Assembly: GCA_965655095.1 (NCBI GenBank)
Contig: OZ296657.1
Coordinates: 41,788,001-41,852,000 of the forward strand
Length of the DNA: 64,000 nucleotides
Direction of reading: 5' to 3'
From: Haplodiscus bocki
Taxonomy: Eukaryota
Shown here in pieces: positions 1-12,920 of this stretch. The position numbers and the translations under genes are program-made. Within the stretch, counting starts at the first letter, position 1, and each line of letters starts with the position of its first letter. A model generated the notes under the pieces. It was not told where the DNA came from. It did not search any database and was given only the letters and a program-made list of their open reading frames with translations.

Positions 1-148
1 CCACAACAACAATAGAACTACAAACCGATAGCTCGCAAAAACTTGATCCATCTAAGGTTGTATGTGTAAACTGTAAAAAACCTGGACACTTCCTTAGTGA
101 TTGCCCTGAAAGTATAAAAAGGGATCAATAACAAAGGAACTTGAAAAC

Positions 149-375
149 GTGAAACCGTCAACTTCCAAAATATTTCCACCTTGTCCACAATGCCAACGGA
201 CAAATCATTCTCCAGAAAATTGCTGGAACAATTCTAATGCCCCAAGCAGACCCGAAAGACTTTTTAAAAAAACCCGTCAACAATTAAGACACAAGTATAG
301 CAGAATCACGGAAATTGAGCCCACTCAGGGCCTACATCCGTCCTCAAAAACCTTTTAAACTAGAGAAGCCACGAC
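149..375 (+). pseudogene. gag: Ty3/Gypsy gag C-terminal fragment (CCHC zinc knuckle and gag/pol junction)
   Basis: FPPCPQCQRTNHSPENCW is CX2CX4HX4C and resembles YPPCETCGKTNQSTENCY at ~12750. It is followed by TTTAAAC-TAG...GCCACG, like the gag ends at 12911 and 46530. Confidence 0.7.
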
Positions 376-3300
376 TTGATGACACGAACACAAGTTGCTA
401 AGTTTCTAAACTTGATACAAATAAAAATGTTTCATGATATTTTAGTCGTTAAAATTTTTGTCTTACTTGAATACATACCTCATATCCAACAAAACTTAAG
501 ATTTCATTTCAAAAAGCTCTGCGTTTTGCAATTTTTGAGTATTGGTTAGAAAACAAGATGAACCGGGACCTCCTGAATCGGAGTAGTTTTTAGTTTGAAG
601 AAATCTATTCCTTGCACTTTGAACTGATACAAGTTATGGAATTGTGGGGTTCAAAAAATTTTAACCTCGAGAATCTAAACTGAATTGGAACTTGTGTTTA
701 CTTGAAGAATATTCTGCAATTGTTTGTATCATTGATGGATTGATTTGGGAGAAATGAAGAAGATCTGATGATAGGTTCCGGCCCGGGTGAAAAAATTTTT
801 CAGGTTCTTTGAGGCCTTTTTTCATACTTTTCTTCCGTCTGAGGGAAGAATCTTATATGGCTTTTACTTGAGTTTGAGATACGTTCGTCATTTCTTCAAT
901 TTGATCCTCAAGAGTCTTTTTTCATTCATCTTAACTCTCAACATACATCTTTGTTAAAGTAGCCTGATTGTTTCTTACATGTTCAATTACTTTTTGAGTT
1001 CTAATCAAAAATTTTGTCTCCAAGTTTTCCTTCACAAACTTCTTTTTGTTGTTTCAGCTTAAAAAATAGATCCGCGTTTCAATTTTTCAAAGTTTTTTGC
1101 CCGCTTCAGTAGTAAAAACTCCTTTCGCGCTGAAACAAACTCAATGAAAAAGCATTTATTAACTTTTATAAAAAATGGAAAAACAAAGAAAGGTTAGTAA
1201 ACATTGGAAAAACTGACAGCTCAGGGAGTTTTGCCCAAAGATAATTGTTTTTCGTGAACAACAAAAGTTGTAACTTCAGGTGCAATTGCAGCAGTAAAAC
1301 AACAATCTTCCGTTACTCGTGCCTTTTTTTGAGGCTCTACCAAGATTTTCAGCATTTTTGCGCCTAAAATTTCAGCTGTATTTCCTTGGTGTTCAGAAGA
1401 AAAACAATTAGTATTCGAGCTTTCAGAGTGCCTTTTAAACCAAACCTTCACTTTGTTCTCTGGCTTTTGGACAATGTCTTTCTCCAAAGTTTATTTCAAT
1501 CTCCAGTTTCCTTTTTTTGTGGTATCTCCACAAAGATTTGAAGTCGCAGATTGAAAAAGCCCTACAAAAACATGGCAGTAGAAACTTTTGAAGGTTTGAC
1601 AAGAAATGCTCAAGGAGGAAAATATTTTTTTTTATTTCTGAAAAGCGGAAGTTGAACCCAATCACCTTTTCAAGAGAAACTTTCCCGGAAAATTTTGTTT
1701 TGTATTGTAAAAATTAAAATTTCTCAGATAGGAACAACTGGTTTATGATAATCATACTGTGAACGAAATTTAAAGAGTGAAGAATTTAGGCAAACTTACC
1801 GTCTCGTAAAACGTGGTTTAGGGATCGTTCTAAGATTCCAAACCAAGTGGCGCACTCAAATGGAAACTAATAAAAACTTGTTATCTGAAACAACTAACAA
1901 AAGATGCATCTATGCTGTTGCATTTGATTTGTACCTTGTCAATTGTTTCCATTTCATTAGGTTTTTGAGTTTATGAAACCCTGAAGGATGATCAGTTTCA
2001 ATGACACCTAACAATTTGTTCAGTGGAGGAGTAAAAGTTAGGTGATGAAGAACTGTTGGAGCAAGTTCTAAAATTTTTGAACCGTTTCTTTTGAAACGTT
2101 ACTGGCATTCAAAAAATTTTTCTTCAACAAAATAGTATTGACCAAGGGAAAAAGTCTTAGTAATTTGGTTAAAGTCAGTTAAATCAAAAGTTTCAAGTTG
2201 CAGTTGAAGATTGAGGTAACTTGTATTCACACATTTGAAAGTCTTTCACTTCCACGTTGCAAACCATTCAACTAAAATCATCTGCTGTTTTTTCTTAAGA
2301 AACTTCATTTAACCCCACAGTCTCTTCGTCATCTACATAAAAATTTTTTTCAGGTTCCTTTAGCAAGTAATTATAAAGCTCCTTATCTGGAAGTTCAGGA
2401 TAATTTTTACTTGATGCTATAAACAAAGTTATTTCTTGTTTACCGTTCAAAATTGAATTCAAAAGAACAAATGTTGATTTCATATTGGTATTTTTCTCAG
2501 CGACATATTTAGCTGGTTTCTTTTAAACTTCTAATTTATGTACTTCCATCATCCTAAATTCAATCAAAGCTACAGATTGATCAAAGTGAAAATCAGCTTG
2601 AAAAGAGTTGTTTCTTCTTTTTAACGTTTCTTTAAGCTCCTATTGTGTCTTTTCTACAATTTGCTGTAACAATTTTGCAACTTAAAAAAGTGATTTTTCG
2701 TTGGTGTTTGGTGATGCAGTTTGTCAAACGTCCCTTTTCATTATGCAAAAGAAACAGGAACCTTGAAACGTTCCAGCTGAGTTTCCCACAAATAAACTTT
2801 TTGCTCTACGAAAATTTCACAAACGAAACCGGAATTATCTCTCCCCGCAGAAAAATACTTCTAAGAGAACGATTTTTTTCAAAAATGAAACAGGTTAAAA
2901 CTGTGAATTTTTTGGATTAGTTGGCAGAAAAACTTTCAATTTTTCAATTCTAAAATGCAATGAACTCTGCAGCTACATCTGACTCTCCTCAAAGCTTTTC
3001 AATTTGAAACGGAAACTGAAAAAAAAACAAACCAAAAACGATTTTAAAAGACGGATTTTGTATGGTATACTTTTTCATCACTAGCGACACTAAACATTAC
3101 TAATTCAAATACTCAAAAAAGGAGCACTGAAACTTTTCTTTTCGAAACGGTGATTTGTAGGTAGCGATTGAGTTATTGAATTTTAAAAAGTTCACATTGT
3201 GCTGCTGATAACAACTTTCAACTTGTGAATCTCTGGCCAAATGCTTTGATCTTACAAGCTAAGTTTTAGCAAGTTGAAGTAGAGTTTCATAAGAAGTTTG

Positions 3301-3689
3301 CAATCCAGTAATTGTTAGGTTGTTGTTTCAACTCATTACTTCAACAGTAGTATCAGCTGAGTTAATGTAGGATTTTGATGGCCAGGCAGATCGCAGCTGG
3401 GAAATAACAACAAACAGAACAAAACAAAACGAACTTTAGGTGTTAAAATCAGACTTGAAATATATTTGGACTTGCATATCACGAAAGATACCTCCCGGTC
3501 TCGGTCACTTTTAAAGTTTTAAACGAACTGAGAACCATGAAAGTGAATAAAGAACAAGTGGTGATGGTGCTAGATTTGTTATTTGGGGTTTAGGTTGTTA
3601 TGTTGAGTGTTTTGTTTCCTCTTTAAAAAATCATTAGTTGTTTGCTGAACAATGACTGGTTAGGGCACCTACAGATTCTTTTTATAGGC

Positions 3690-4096
3690 AGCCTATAACA
3701 CTTAGGAAAGTTGTAATTTTTTTGAAAAAGTTGAATGCTTGAAGTAGGAATTCAATATGGAAAAACATCTATACTTTGAGTGATTGCGTGTTTCGAGAGG
3801 AGAGCAAAAGTTTTCTTCAGGAAATGGTCCTAACATTTGGTCATTTGCCAGCGTAAGGAACAATTTTGAAGTTGAAATCTGAAAATTCTCCAGACAAGTC
3901 AATTTATTGTGATTGTAATAGGCATAACTGTCATGATGCTTTTTATCAACTCGAAAGGTTTTTTACCCGTTCCACAAAAGTTCAAGCTGGTCAACATTTT
4001 ATAAATTTGTGGGAGTTCGGGAAAAACCCATTTTTCCTGAATTTGGTTGAATTTGTCCAAAAGGGGATAATGCTGCCCAACTTTCAGGAAAAACAC
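3690..4096 (-). pseudogene. Relic Polinton packaging ATPase (A32/FtsK-HerA-like), highly degenerate
   Basis: Walker-A-like FCGTGKK, Walker-B-like NDQMLG and a frameshifted H-QSIDVF..SYF segment occur in the expected order. Confidence 0.4.
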
Positions 4097-6989
4097 TAAA
4101 TGTTATGGCAGACAACGACATTACAGTGTGCATCACCTGCTCTAGTTATAGGACTCTACTTAATAATTTTAAGCTCTGACGGTCAAGGGAGGGCTTTTTG
4201 ATTTGTTCAGAATAAATATCTGAAGGGTTTAGCTTTGCGTCAAACGTTTGAGTTCTACAAGTAAAAAACAGTAATAATAAGAAAGTAGGAAAAATAACGA
4301 CCTATGAGAAAGAAAATGATATTTAGAACTTTTAGTTCTTCAGAAAGGGGATGACACTTTACTTTTCATTACAGTTTTTTTCTAATTCTTTCATTTTGGA
4401 TCTTGAATACAATATTCAACTAAATCTGTGCATTGGACACGCATCTAGAAAAATTTGCTTGATATGATAGAGAAAATGAGAACCACCGGTGCTTATCGTG
4501 TCGAATTTAGAACCTTTAGATTTTTCAAGTCTTGTTCTTCCTGGTATCAGTATAGTGTTCAAATTGTTCAATCAGAAAAAAAATGATTTTGGGTTACATC
4601 ATGTTGTTACTTGAACAATCCAGATACACTGGAAACCGGGCTGTATTAATTTGGATACGGTTTTGTAAAGATGAAACAACAAATTGAAAACCTGTTTGGA
4701 GCACTGATTTCCATTTGTCGTTCAGTCATCTCCTATAGAAAAACTTTCAATTGAAAAAAAATTTGACCATCACGAAAAAGGATCGAATGATTGTGATGCT
4801 CAAGTATCAACGATCAGTTTTTATTGCTTGTTTGTATTGGTATATCTTTTGCTTTGCATATCAAAATCAAGGATTCCATATTCGTTCTGGCTTCTAAAAT
4901 GTTGTCACTTTCTAAAAACTTGTGCTGGTTCAAAGGAAAAAAATCAAAAAAATGTTTTTGAAAAAACGTAATTGCATTTCTCAAAGTAACATACAACTTA
5001 ACAAAACTTTCCTTTCCAACAGTCGGTACGCCTCCAGCGTAGTGAGCTAATTATAACGGTTGAAGATTCAAGTGTCTTCCATTGCAGATAAAATTCTCAA
5101 ATTTTTTTTCGAGTCCTGTTGAGGCACCCGCATTATCTAAAAAGACTGCTGAAATTTAAGGACTGTCTTTCTGAATCTTGGCTAAAGCTAGCACAATCAC
5201 GAAATTGCTTCAGGCCATTGCCTCTCACCCAACGAAAAAGACTGAAGATTCTATTTTCTTTTCCATTCTGAGTAATGACGTAAAAGAGAAGTTTTACCTG
5301 ACCTTGATGAAACATACAGAACAAAACGACTTTTTTCTGAAGCTTCGATGTTTTTCGAACCTCTGTGACATTGTTTTGGACAACTAAGTCTAGGTCTTTC
5401 TTATCTTGAGCAAAAGGTAAAATTGGAAAAACTTAAGTTAAATCCATTAAATTTTTCATTTTTCCTTGGTAATTTCCGACTGGGAGGAAAAAAATGCATG
5501 GACTCACCACACTGATAGGAAAATCTCAACGTTGTAAAACTTTGAAAATCTTTTTCCAGAAACTGAGAAAGTACGTCCCTTGAGTCGTTTTGAAATCTCG
5601 GAAATGAAATTAGACCTTTCTCATCTTGAGTAAATGCAGTTTTTTGATATTCTAGCTACGTCTACAGGAACTAAGAAAATATAAGTTTGTTTTTGGAAAA
5701 GCAACCAGAACGTTCTTCAGTTCTTCCACCAACCTTTGGATTACGTTCGCCATTTCTAAAACTTTCCTGTCAAAAGTAAAAGTAAAATGAAGAACAATTT
5801 TGGAAGTTTTTGCTAGTGATGCCTCGCTTGAACTGTCTTTTTTTCGTTTTCATTTTCCGGAGTGTATGGTAAAAGTTGACTTGGGTTTTTACTTCCAATT
5901 CCTCAAAAATATTCTACTTGAATTTGATGCTTAATATCTCGAATGAAAACTTAGTTTGGCGGGAACTTTAGCGAAGCCACCCAATTGAAACTTCAGAAAA
6001 GGGTCTGAGAGATCCCAATTTTGTTTTTCGGATTTTTTGTAATTTGAGTGTTATGAATGGTGGTAAGAATTTTTGCCGACCCAACTTGCTCGGACCGTTC
6101 AACAAGTGTCATTTTAGTTGTGGTGTTTAATCTTTTTTCAAACTTCTCTAAAGCTGCTTCTAGATGAATCAATGCTTCACGTTGAGTAGACAATTTTTCC
6201 TTCTTTGAGTCGAATAAGGCAGTTGAATCGTTCGAAAAAAAAACTTTCAAGTCAGCGTGATTTAAATAAAAATGAAAAAATTGCTGTTTGAAATGCTCTG
6301 ACGAAAGGTTGTTGAAAACTTTTTTACTTCTATCAAACCAGATTTTAACTTTTTTTTTCAATTTGTGCAAAAGTTTCTTCAATGCTTTTGTTGTAGTAAA
6401 TTCTGACTTGTTTTTCGACGAAATTTTCCGAACAGTTATTGTAGAAATGTCAATGGCAAAATAAAACAAAAATGAATTTTTTTGTTTCGTTAAACTATCA
6501 TTCATCTCTGTAAGGAGGAGCTTTCTTTGTTCGTTCATTGTTTTCCACAACTTTTTGGAAAGTTTTTTTGGTTACTTGTTGTTTGAAATTGAAAATTGGC
6601 GAAACTTTTGCTCTAAACTCCAGATTTTTCTTATTGTATCCTATATGATTCTTTCATTTCGGATCGACAAAATTTTTCTGAACTGAGTTTTTTGTTTTAT
6701 GTTGACTTTCCTAGAGTTTCTTTCTGAAAATTTTTCTTTCAATTCAATTCTTTCCACACTCAATTTTTTCTTTTAAATTTTTCAAGCTTTGACCGGAAAT
6801 TTCATTTTTTTGTCGTCTAAAAACTTGCTTTTCAGGCTGCTTTTTTTGCACTTGCTTCAAGTTTTTCGTTTTCAGTTCTCACCTCAACTTCAATAATAGT
6901 TGGTAAAGTTTTAATTCCTTGTTTCGTTTACTTCATAGAGAATCCGGTAAGAAAAATTTGAACTGCTCTTTCGGAATATAATTGACAAG

Positions 6990-7223
6990 TTAAAGATCGA
7001 ACGTATAAACAGTAGGAAGCACGCAGTCAGTCATTCTTTTGGGCTGGAGTTTCAAAATAAAGGCACTTTCATGATGCATTCTAGTTCGATTAGGAATATT
7101 TTTTGGTGGTGGGCAACCACATGGGTCAAAATATTTTTCGCCAACAAACAAAATCCAGTGAGTTCCTCTTGTTGAATTTGGGTCGAATATATCTGATTCA
7201 GTAATGAAAATATCTTCCCGCAA
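6990..7223 (-). pseudogene. Relic Polinton cysteine protease (adenain/C5-like)
   Basis: RGTHWILFVGEKYFDPCGCPPP carries the catalytic His and Asp motifs. A shifted frame gives xASYCLY, the catalytic-Cys region. Confidence 0.65.
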
Positions 7224-7499
7224 ACCTATTTTTGCAGGTAAACTAGATCTTCTGAAACTTCAAATATTTTCATATCAGATGGAGGCTCTTTTTTTATACT
7301 GTATTTTCTAAAAATATCTTCGTAAATTAAAAACTGTGTGGAAACGCAGTTGAAAACTTTGAAGAGCTTTTTCATTTACTCTTTTAATTTTTAACACATT
7401 GTTGTCTTACAAAAAAAATAACATCATTTGGTTCGTGAAAAATTAAGCTTTTTTCGAGTTTAGATTGATCAGTAAATTTTCCTATGAAAAAACTTTTTT

Positions 7500-7900
7500 C
7501 AAATGTTCCCAAAAAATTGGACTTCAATTTTTTTTGAATGATTCGATTTTTTTTCAATTCGTTAGAGTAGATGGGGTGACCCGGAACGGGCTTCCTACAT
7601 CTACTTCCGTCGAATATTTTAGCCGAACTTATAAACTTCTGTCGGAAAAGATGGCATCATTGCCGAATAACAGTTACTGGTTGAGATGATTACTCTTCTG
7701 AAGAACAAGACATTCGGTTCTAACTTATGGCAAATTGATAAAAAGACTCATTTTTATTGTATAGAGGGGTCTTTTGTAATGGAACTCAACATCCAACGTA
7801 ATTCTGGCTTAGAACTCAAAACAATTAGTCATAGACCACTGAATTTATTGTTTTTTTATACTAGACGTAAAGTTACTGAGTGAAATGATCGGGCACACAA
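7500..7900 (+). pseudogene. Relic Polinton minor capsid (penton-like) fragment
   Basis: IDKKTHFYCIEGSFV/NGTQHP (across a frameshift) resembles the IDKxHxxCDCIxGSxVNGxxxP motif of Polinton minor capsids. It lies next to the protease relic. Confidence 0.35.
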
Positions 7901-9924
7901 TGGAAAAGTTGCCCCAACAAATTGCTCGAGGAAAATTCTTCATAAAACGGTCCCACCTGAGTGAAAATATTTGAATTGTGGCGATAAAAAACAATGTTTA
8001 ATGTTTTTGCAAAGACGTTATCAAGTATCGAAACACCGAAGTTTTAGCAACTGGCAGCCAACGAGCCACGACAAAGTCCACGGTTGTACATATTGGCCAA
8101 AAAAAATTACAAAAAGCAGCTAGCTACTGGTGCTCGTTCAGAACGACATTTCAGCACGATGCAAAATTATCGAAAGACAAGCAAAAATCGGTGAATGTGA
8201 AAACAGCCGAAGAGAGTTTGTTTTTGAACGAAGTATTTGAAAACTAAAAATTGTAATTGTTTTTACAGTTTGTTTCTATTTAAAATGAATTTCATGCCTT
8301 CCCATATGAAATAAAGCGGAATCCCTTTAACGTCTCATTATTAAGAGTTAACTGGCCAATGCAATTTTTGTCAAAAAATCTATAGTGAGTAAAAGCTGCG
8401 TTAAATCAAAAATTAAACAAATTTGGAAATGATTTTCAAAAAGCAGCTCTGAGATTGAGGACAAGAAACGTTTTTTCAAATTTTCAAAAAGTTTTTGCTG
8501 CTACTTTTGTTTGGCTCTTGAGAAAAAAACTCCGTACTTTGGCTTCAAAAACTACAACTTCCCATTTTTTTAACATTCGAGCCCTTGGCTTTTTGAGTTG
8601 ACCAAAAGTGAAGGAAAACAAGTTTTTCTGGGTTTGTGCAATGATCTTCAAGTTTTTAATCCAAACTTGAAACAAATATTCCAGAAGAAACAGATTTTTA
8701 GAAATTTTTTCTTCACTTGACGTTTTATTAAACGCATTCATTCTGAGTCCTGTATTCAATATAGGCGACTGCTAAATAATACATTCATCAACAATTGGAT
8801 GGTGACTTTTGAAGACAGCATAGTCGATACTGGTTTTCTCGACTAATTTTTAAAGGCAAATGTAAACTATTGTCGACCTTTACGCTGAGGTCATTGTTTT
8901 CAAATCAGTTCATTTTTTATACGACAGCTGTATTGACCAAGTTTATGACTGAACAACGCCAAAACAGGAGATATGGATATAAATTGAGTTCCTATAACTA
9001 TATGGTTATGTAAAATGTGAAGTTGAAAAGGGAAATAAGTTGAGATTTTTTATTTGAAGATTTTTACGCTTTTGACCTTTTCACAAAGGTAACCTCAAAG
9101 GACTCGCTTGCAACTCAAACTTGCAGAACAGGCTAAAATGCCTGCAATGTGAGTTATCATAGCCGATGCACGCGCTCACAATTTTTTTTCATCCAACCTT
9201 GCTATCGAACTTTTAATTTGAAATTAGTTTAGGTTGCCTTTACATTAGATCATTCCGTTTTTTTGGTGTTTGAGGACGATCAAACTGGAGATTTAGGCGT
9301 TTTTCTAGTTTCCGCCACCAACAGTTATTTTTTGGAAGCAGCTTATGAAAGATAAAATCAATTAAGTTGGTAAATTCTTGAAGTTTTCCTCTCAATCGGT
9401 GTATGAGCAACCGTAATACGCATGAGCTGTCTTTAACGTCGAAAATTCATAATATTTTTACCTAAAACAGTCAACAAGAATCGAATACCGATCTGGCGAG
9501 ATTGACCAATACCGGTGTTTTCGATAAATTTTTAAATGGAAAGTCTAGAATAATGCCATCGGTACTTTCACTCTCCTGGAACTCTTAAACTGAAGTCAGC
9601 TCGAAAAATGCAGAAACGAAACTTGAAAACAAATTAGATTTCTGTGACAATCCGCTGCTGCTTACTAGGAGTTTGAGGAAAGTTTGAGGAAGGGAAAGTT
9701 TATTCAGATTCTGATTGTTTTGCTCTGTTTACATCCGTAATCCGCCCCACCTCCCCTTCCAAAGTACTCGATTTCAAAATGAGCCTGTGGCAAGCATTCG
9801 ATTTTTCAAGATAAAACAAAGCCGACTTCTACGCTGGGTTCATTTTTACGTCTGAGGATTTCATTGAACTGAATCGCTCTAGGTAGTGCAGATTTAAAAA
9901 AAAACTGGGAATATGTTGGGTTTC

Positions 9925-10479
9925 TGTCGCAGCCTGTCTGCGAAGCCTGCGGACAAGTGATTCCCCCAATAAAGGACATTCCAGGACCCACAACTAAAGA
10001 CTAAAAACTATACAAACGCTAATAAACTCATGATCTTAATTAATCACATGTAACATAATAACTTTCATCAAATATTTATATTAAAGATACGTAGTAGATA
10101 CATATCCACCTTGTGCACATATATCCTATTCATGTAACGACACGTAGAAGCTACGTATCGTTCCATATTATGTAGTCCATGAAAAAGATACGTATGTTAT
10201 ACGTGTAATTCTGGTGAACTGATCCTGATTGGGACGGAAGGGGTACGGAGCAAACGGATATTCATTTACTTCCCTACTGTATTTTTATATTATTATCAGG
10301 TGCTATTTATATATAAGTAATCTAACTAATCATTATATAAACCCACCTTTTAAGTGACTTGTGCACTAAGTAAATTATATCGACTGACAGCTTCAACGAG
10401 TTTTCAATAGCAAATAACTATTTATACAGAGCGTGACTTTAGAAGTGAATATTTGTTCCGTGTGTGTTCCGTCGTAACA
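9925..10479 (+). repeat. LTR (left copy)
   Basis: TGTCGCAGC...GTCGTAACA, a direct repeat of 22627-23176. The start is fixed by the PPT next to the right copy. The end is inferred from TGTT/AACA complementarity. Confidence 0.8.
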
Positions 10480-10857
10480 ATTCTGGTGACGTCACTAGAA
10501 TTTCAGCCAATCCACTGTACTACTACGCTGTTTCACTTTGAACGGACACGGAACGGTTACGTAGCCACCCGATTCATTCTCCTCAGTAGCACTGCGGAGA
10601 ACAGTGCTACAAGCGGCTACGTAGTCGCTAGGGAACGCTCCGGCCAAAGTGAGGCGTGAGTTTGTAGAATCGTGGAACGGACTAGAAAAAAACCTGTTTT
10701 TGATCCAAACAGTGGATTTAGTCGATGCAGTATGTAACCAAATGTAAACATGAAATTTTCAGTATTTGTATGAACTTCATTTTATGTATTTCATTTATTT
10801 TTTGTTGTGTTTTTTATTAATTTTCCTCTTATGGAAAATTTGTTTGATTTTTGTTTA
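10480..10857 (+). repeat. Post-LTR segment duplicated at 23177-23553
   Basis: Near-identical ~377-bp direct repeat continuing past both LTR ends. Begins attctggTGACGTCActag. Confidence 0.85.
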
Positions 10858-11306
10858 TGTTATTATTTATTGTGTCGGCGCGAGAATAACCACTTTGATT
10901 TCCATTTCTGACGGAAAGCACCCGTACTTCTTCCGTCGAATGATGGAAAAGACGCGGTCCATGAAGGAAGAAATGGACGGAGAGGTGTTTATTTCCCTCC
11001 AGAGTCGACAATCTTCCTCTTATAAACAATATGACTAAAATACTTTGCTCTTTTTATACCTTCAGTTGGCGTGTAAACAATTATGTTTCCCGCCAAAGAA
11101 AAGGTATAAACAGGAGAAACGAAAGTACTATTATGATAATATAAATTGTTAGCCTTCTGGTACTCTAATGATTTTGTCGAAAGTATTAACTGTTTGTCGT
11201 CCTTGAAATCTGTCCCTCAGAATGAAGAGGAGATCAACACTTTTTATAATAAAAAATAAAACTTCAATTCAGTCCTCACAGCTGACAGAACTTTTCCTTC
11301 ACCATC

Positions 11307-12920
11307 ATGGAAATTTTGAAGAATAAGGCGAAATTAGCGGCCGTTTTGAGAGAAACTCCTAAAATTACAACGAACGGTCAATCAGAGAACACACTTGATC
11401 CGGAAATGGTTCAAGATTACATCTCCCACGTTTCTGAGGAGATTGAAGAGAGAATGACTGAAAAACTTTCAAAATAATTCAATCGGACAGAGTCACGTAT
11501 CTTGCGTGCTTCGTCCAAACTCGACGAGTTTCTTCTGAACCCACAAGTTCGGACTTGTTCCGTAGCTGTTCCGGGAACATCCAGTAACAATGGCTCAGAA
11601 AACCGGGAACCCACTGGGGATCGTTCCCTAAACGATCCTTGTCCCGAAGCGATGCTTCTTCACTCTGGTATTCTAAATGGCTCAGACCTGGAAGAGACCC
11701 ATCACATGGTGACAGGAGTTACAGAAGAAATTCGCAATCGCCATCATATAGTGACGGAAACTCAAGAAGAGATTCCCTACTGCTCCCCTGGATTTTCGTC
11801 ATGAAAACAAAAGAAGGCGCACTCTACAAGTCAGCCACAATTTCGCAGTGGAAACACCATCGCGACAATTGAAGCAGACCAGATTTTGTTGGCCCTTCAA
11901 CAATTGGCGAGGAACAGTAATTCAGCCAATTTCAACAAAAACATCAACAGAATCTCGAAAATGCCCAAATCCCTCACAACAAATCCCACCTTTGACGAGA
12001 AATCAGAGAAATTCAAACTGTTTGAAGATCAGTTCCAGAAAAATTGAAAAATCACAATCAACTGACAGAAGAAGACAAAATGAACTACTTCCACTCTCTC
12101 ATGCGCGGTGATGCGCTGCAAACATTCAAAAACATCACCAGCCCCAACAGAGAGAACTTGGGAGAAATTCTGACCGTTCCGTAGAAAATACGAGAAACCT
12201 CAGTCAATGGTGACAGCGAAACACAAATTTCAATGAATGGTCTTCAATCCGGCAAACCAGAAGCTGATCGATTTTCTAGACGAGCTCCAGAAACTAGCGA
12301 AAGATGCAATCAGAGTTCCTGCTCAGGATATCATTGAACAATTCATATATGCCAAAATGCCTCCCCACCTGAAGAAATCAATCAACCAGGCGCATTTGGA
12401 GAATGGCACATATGAACAGAATTGTATCACATCTCGAGAGGGAGTTAGAATTGAATGGTTTAGAAGCCCGAGATCAAATGCAGATAAATATCGTGACGCA
12501 ACAAGCCACACAACAAAACCTAGAATAAACCAAACCAACTTGCCACCACTGCAAAAAACCAGGTCACTACCGAAACCAATGCCGTCAACTCAATTGAGAA
12601 AAAGACCAAGCCCAAAACAATACGAATAGTGCCGGCAACAACAATAACAATGGTGGTCAGAAAAACCCTAACTCCAACAACAAAACTCCCAACAATACCA
12701 ACACAAACAATACAAATAATCAGAAAGACAGGAACCGAAACCTGTCTACCCACCCTGTGAGACCTGTGGTAAAACTAACCAATCCACAGAGAATTGTTAT
12801 TTTGGAACAAATGCAGCAAACAGACCACCTCCCAAGAAAAGACGGCCAGAAGGACAAAACCAAGTCCAGCAGAGCGACTCAGATGGGAATGTCCAAGCTG
12901 CAGCCCAAACTCTAAATAAA
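11307..12920 (+). pseudogene. gag: Gag (capsid plus two zinc knuckles), disrupted
   Basis: QKLIDFLDELQKLAKDA...IIEQFIYAKMPPHLKK capsid-type segment, and knuckles CHHCKKPGHYRNQC and CETCGKTNQSTENC. Several stops and frameshifts. Confidence 0.85.

Noticed and set aside
5993-6550. 185-aa Lys-rich ORF as a real gene
   Set aside because: Low-complexity frame in AT-rich decayed DNA with no recognisable motif. It may be a remnant of the old Polinton.
10484-10500. Primer-binding site TGGTGACGTCAC after the left LTR
   Set aside because: The same sequence follows the right LTR and I cannot match it to a tRNA 3' end. It is better explained as duplicated flank, though not excluded.
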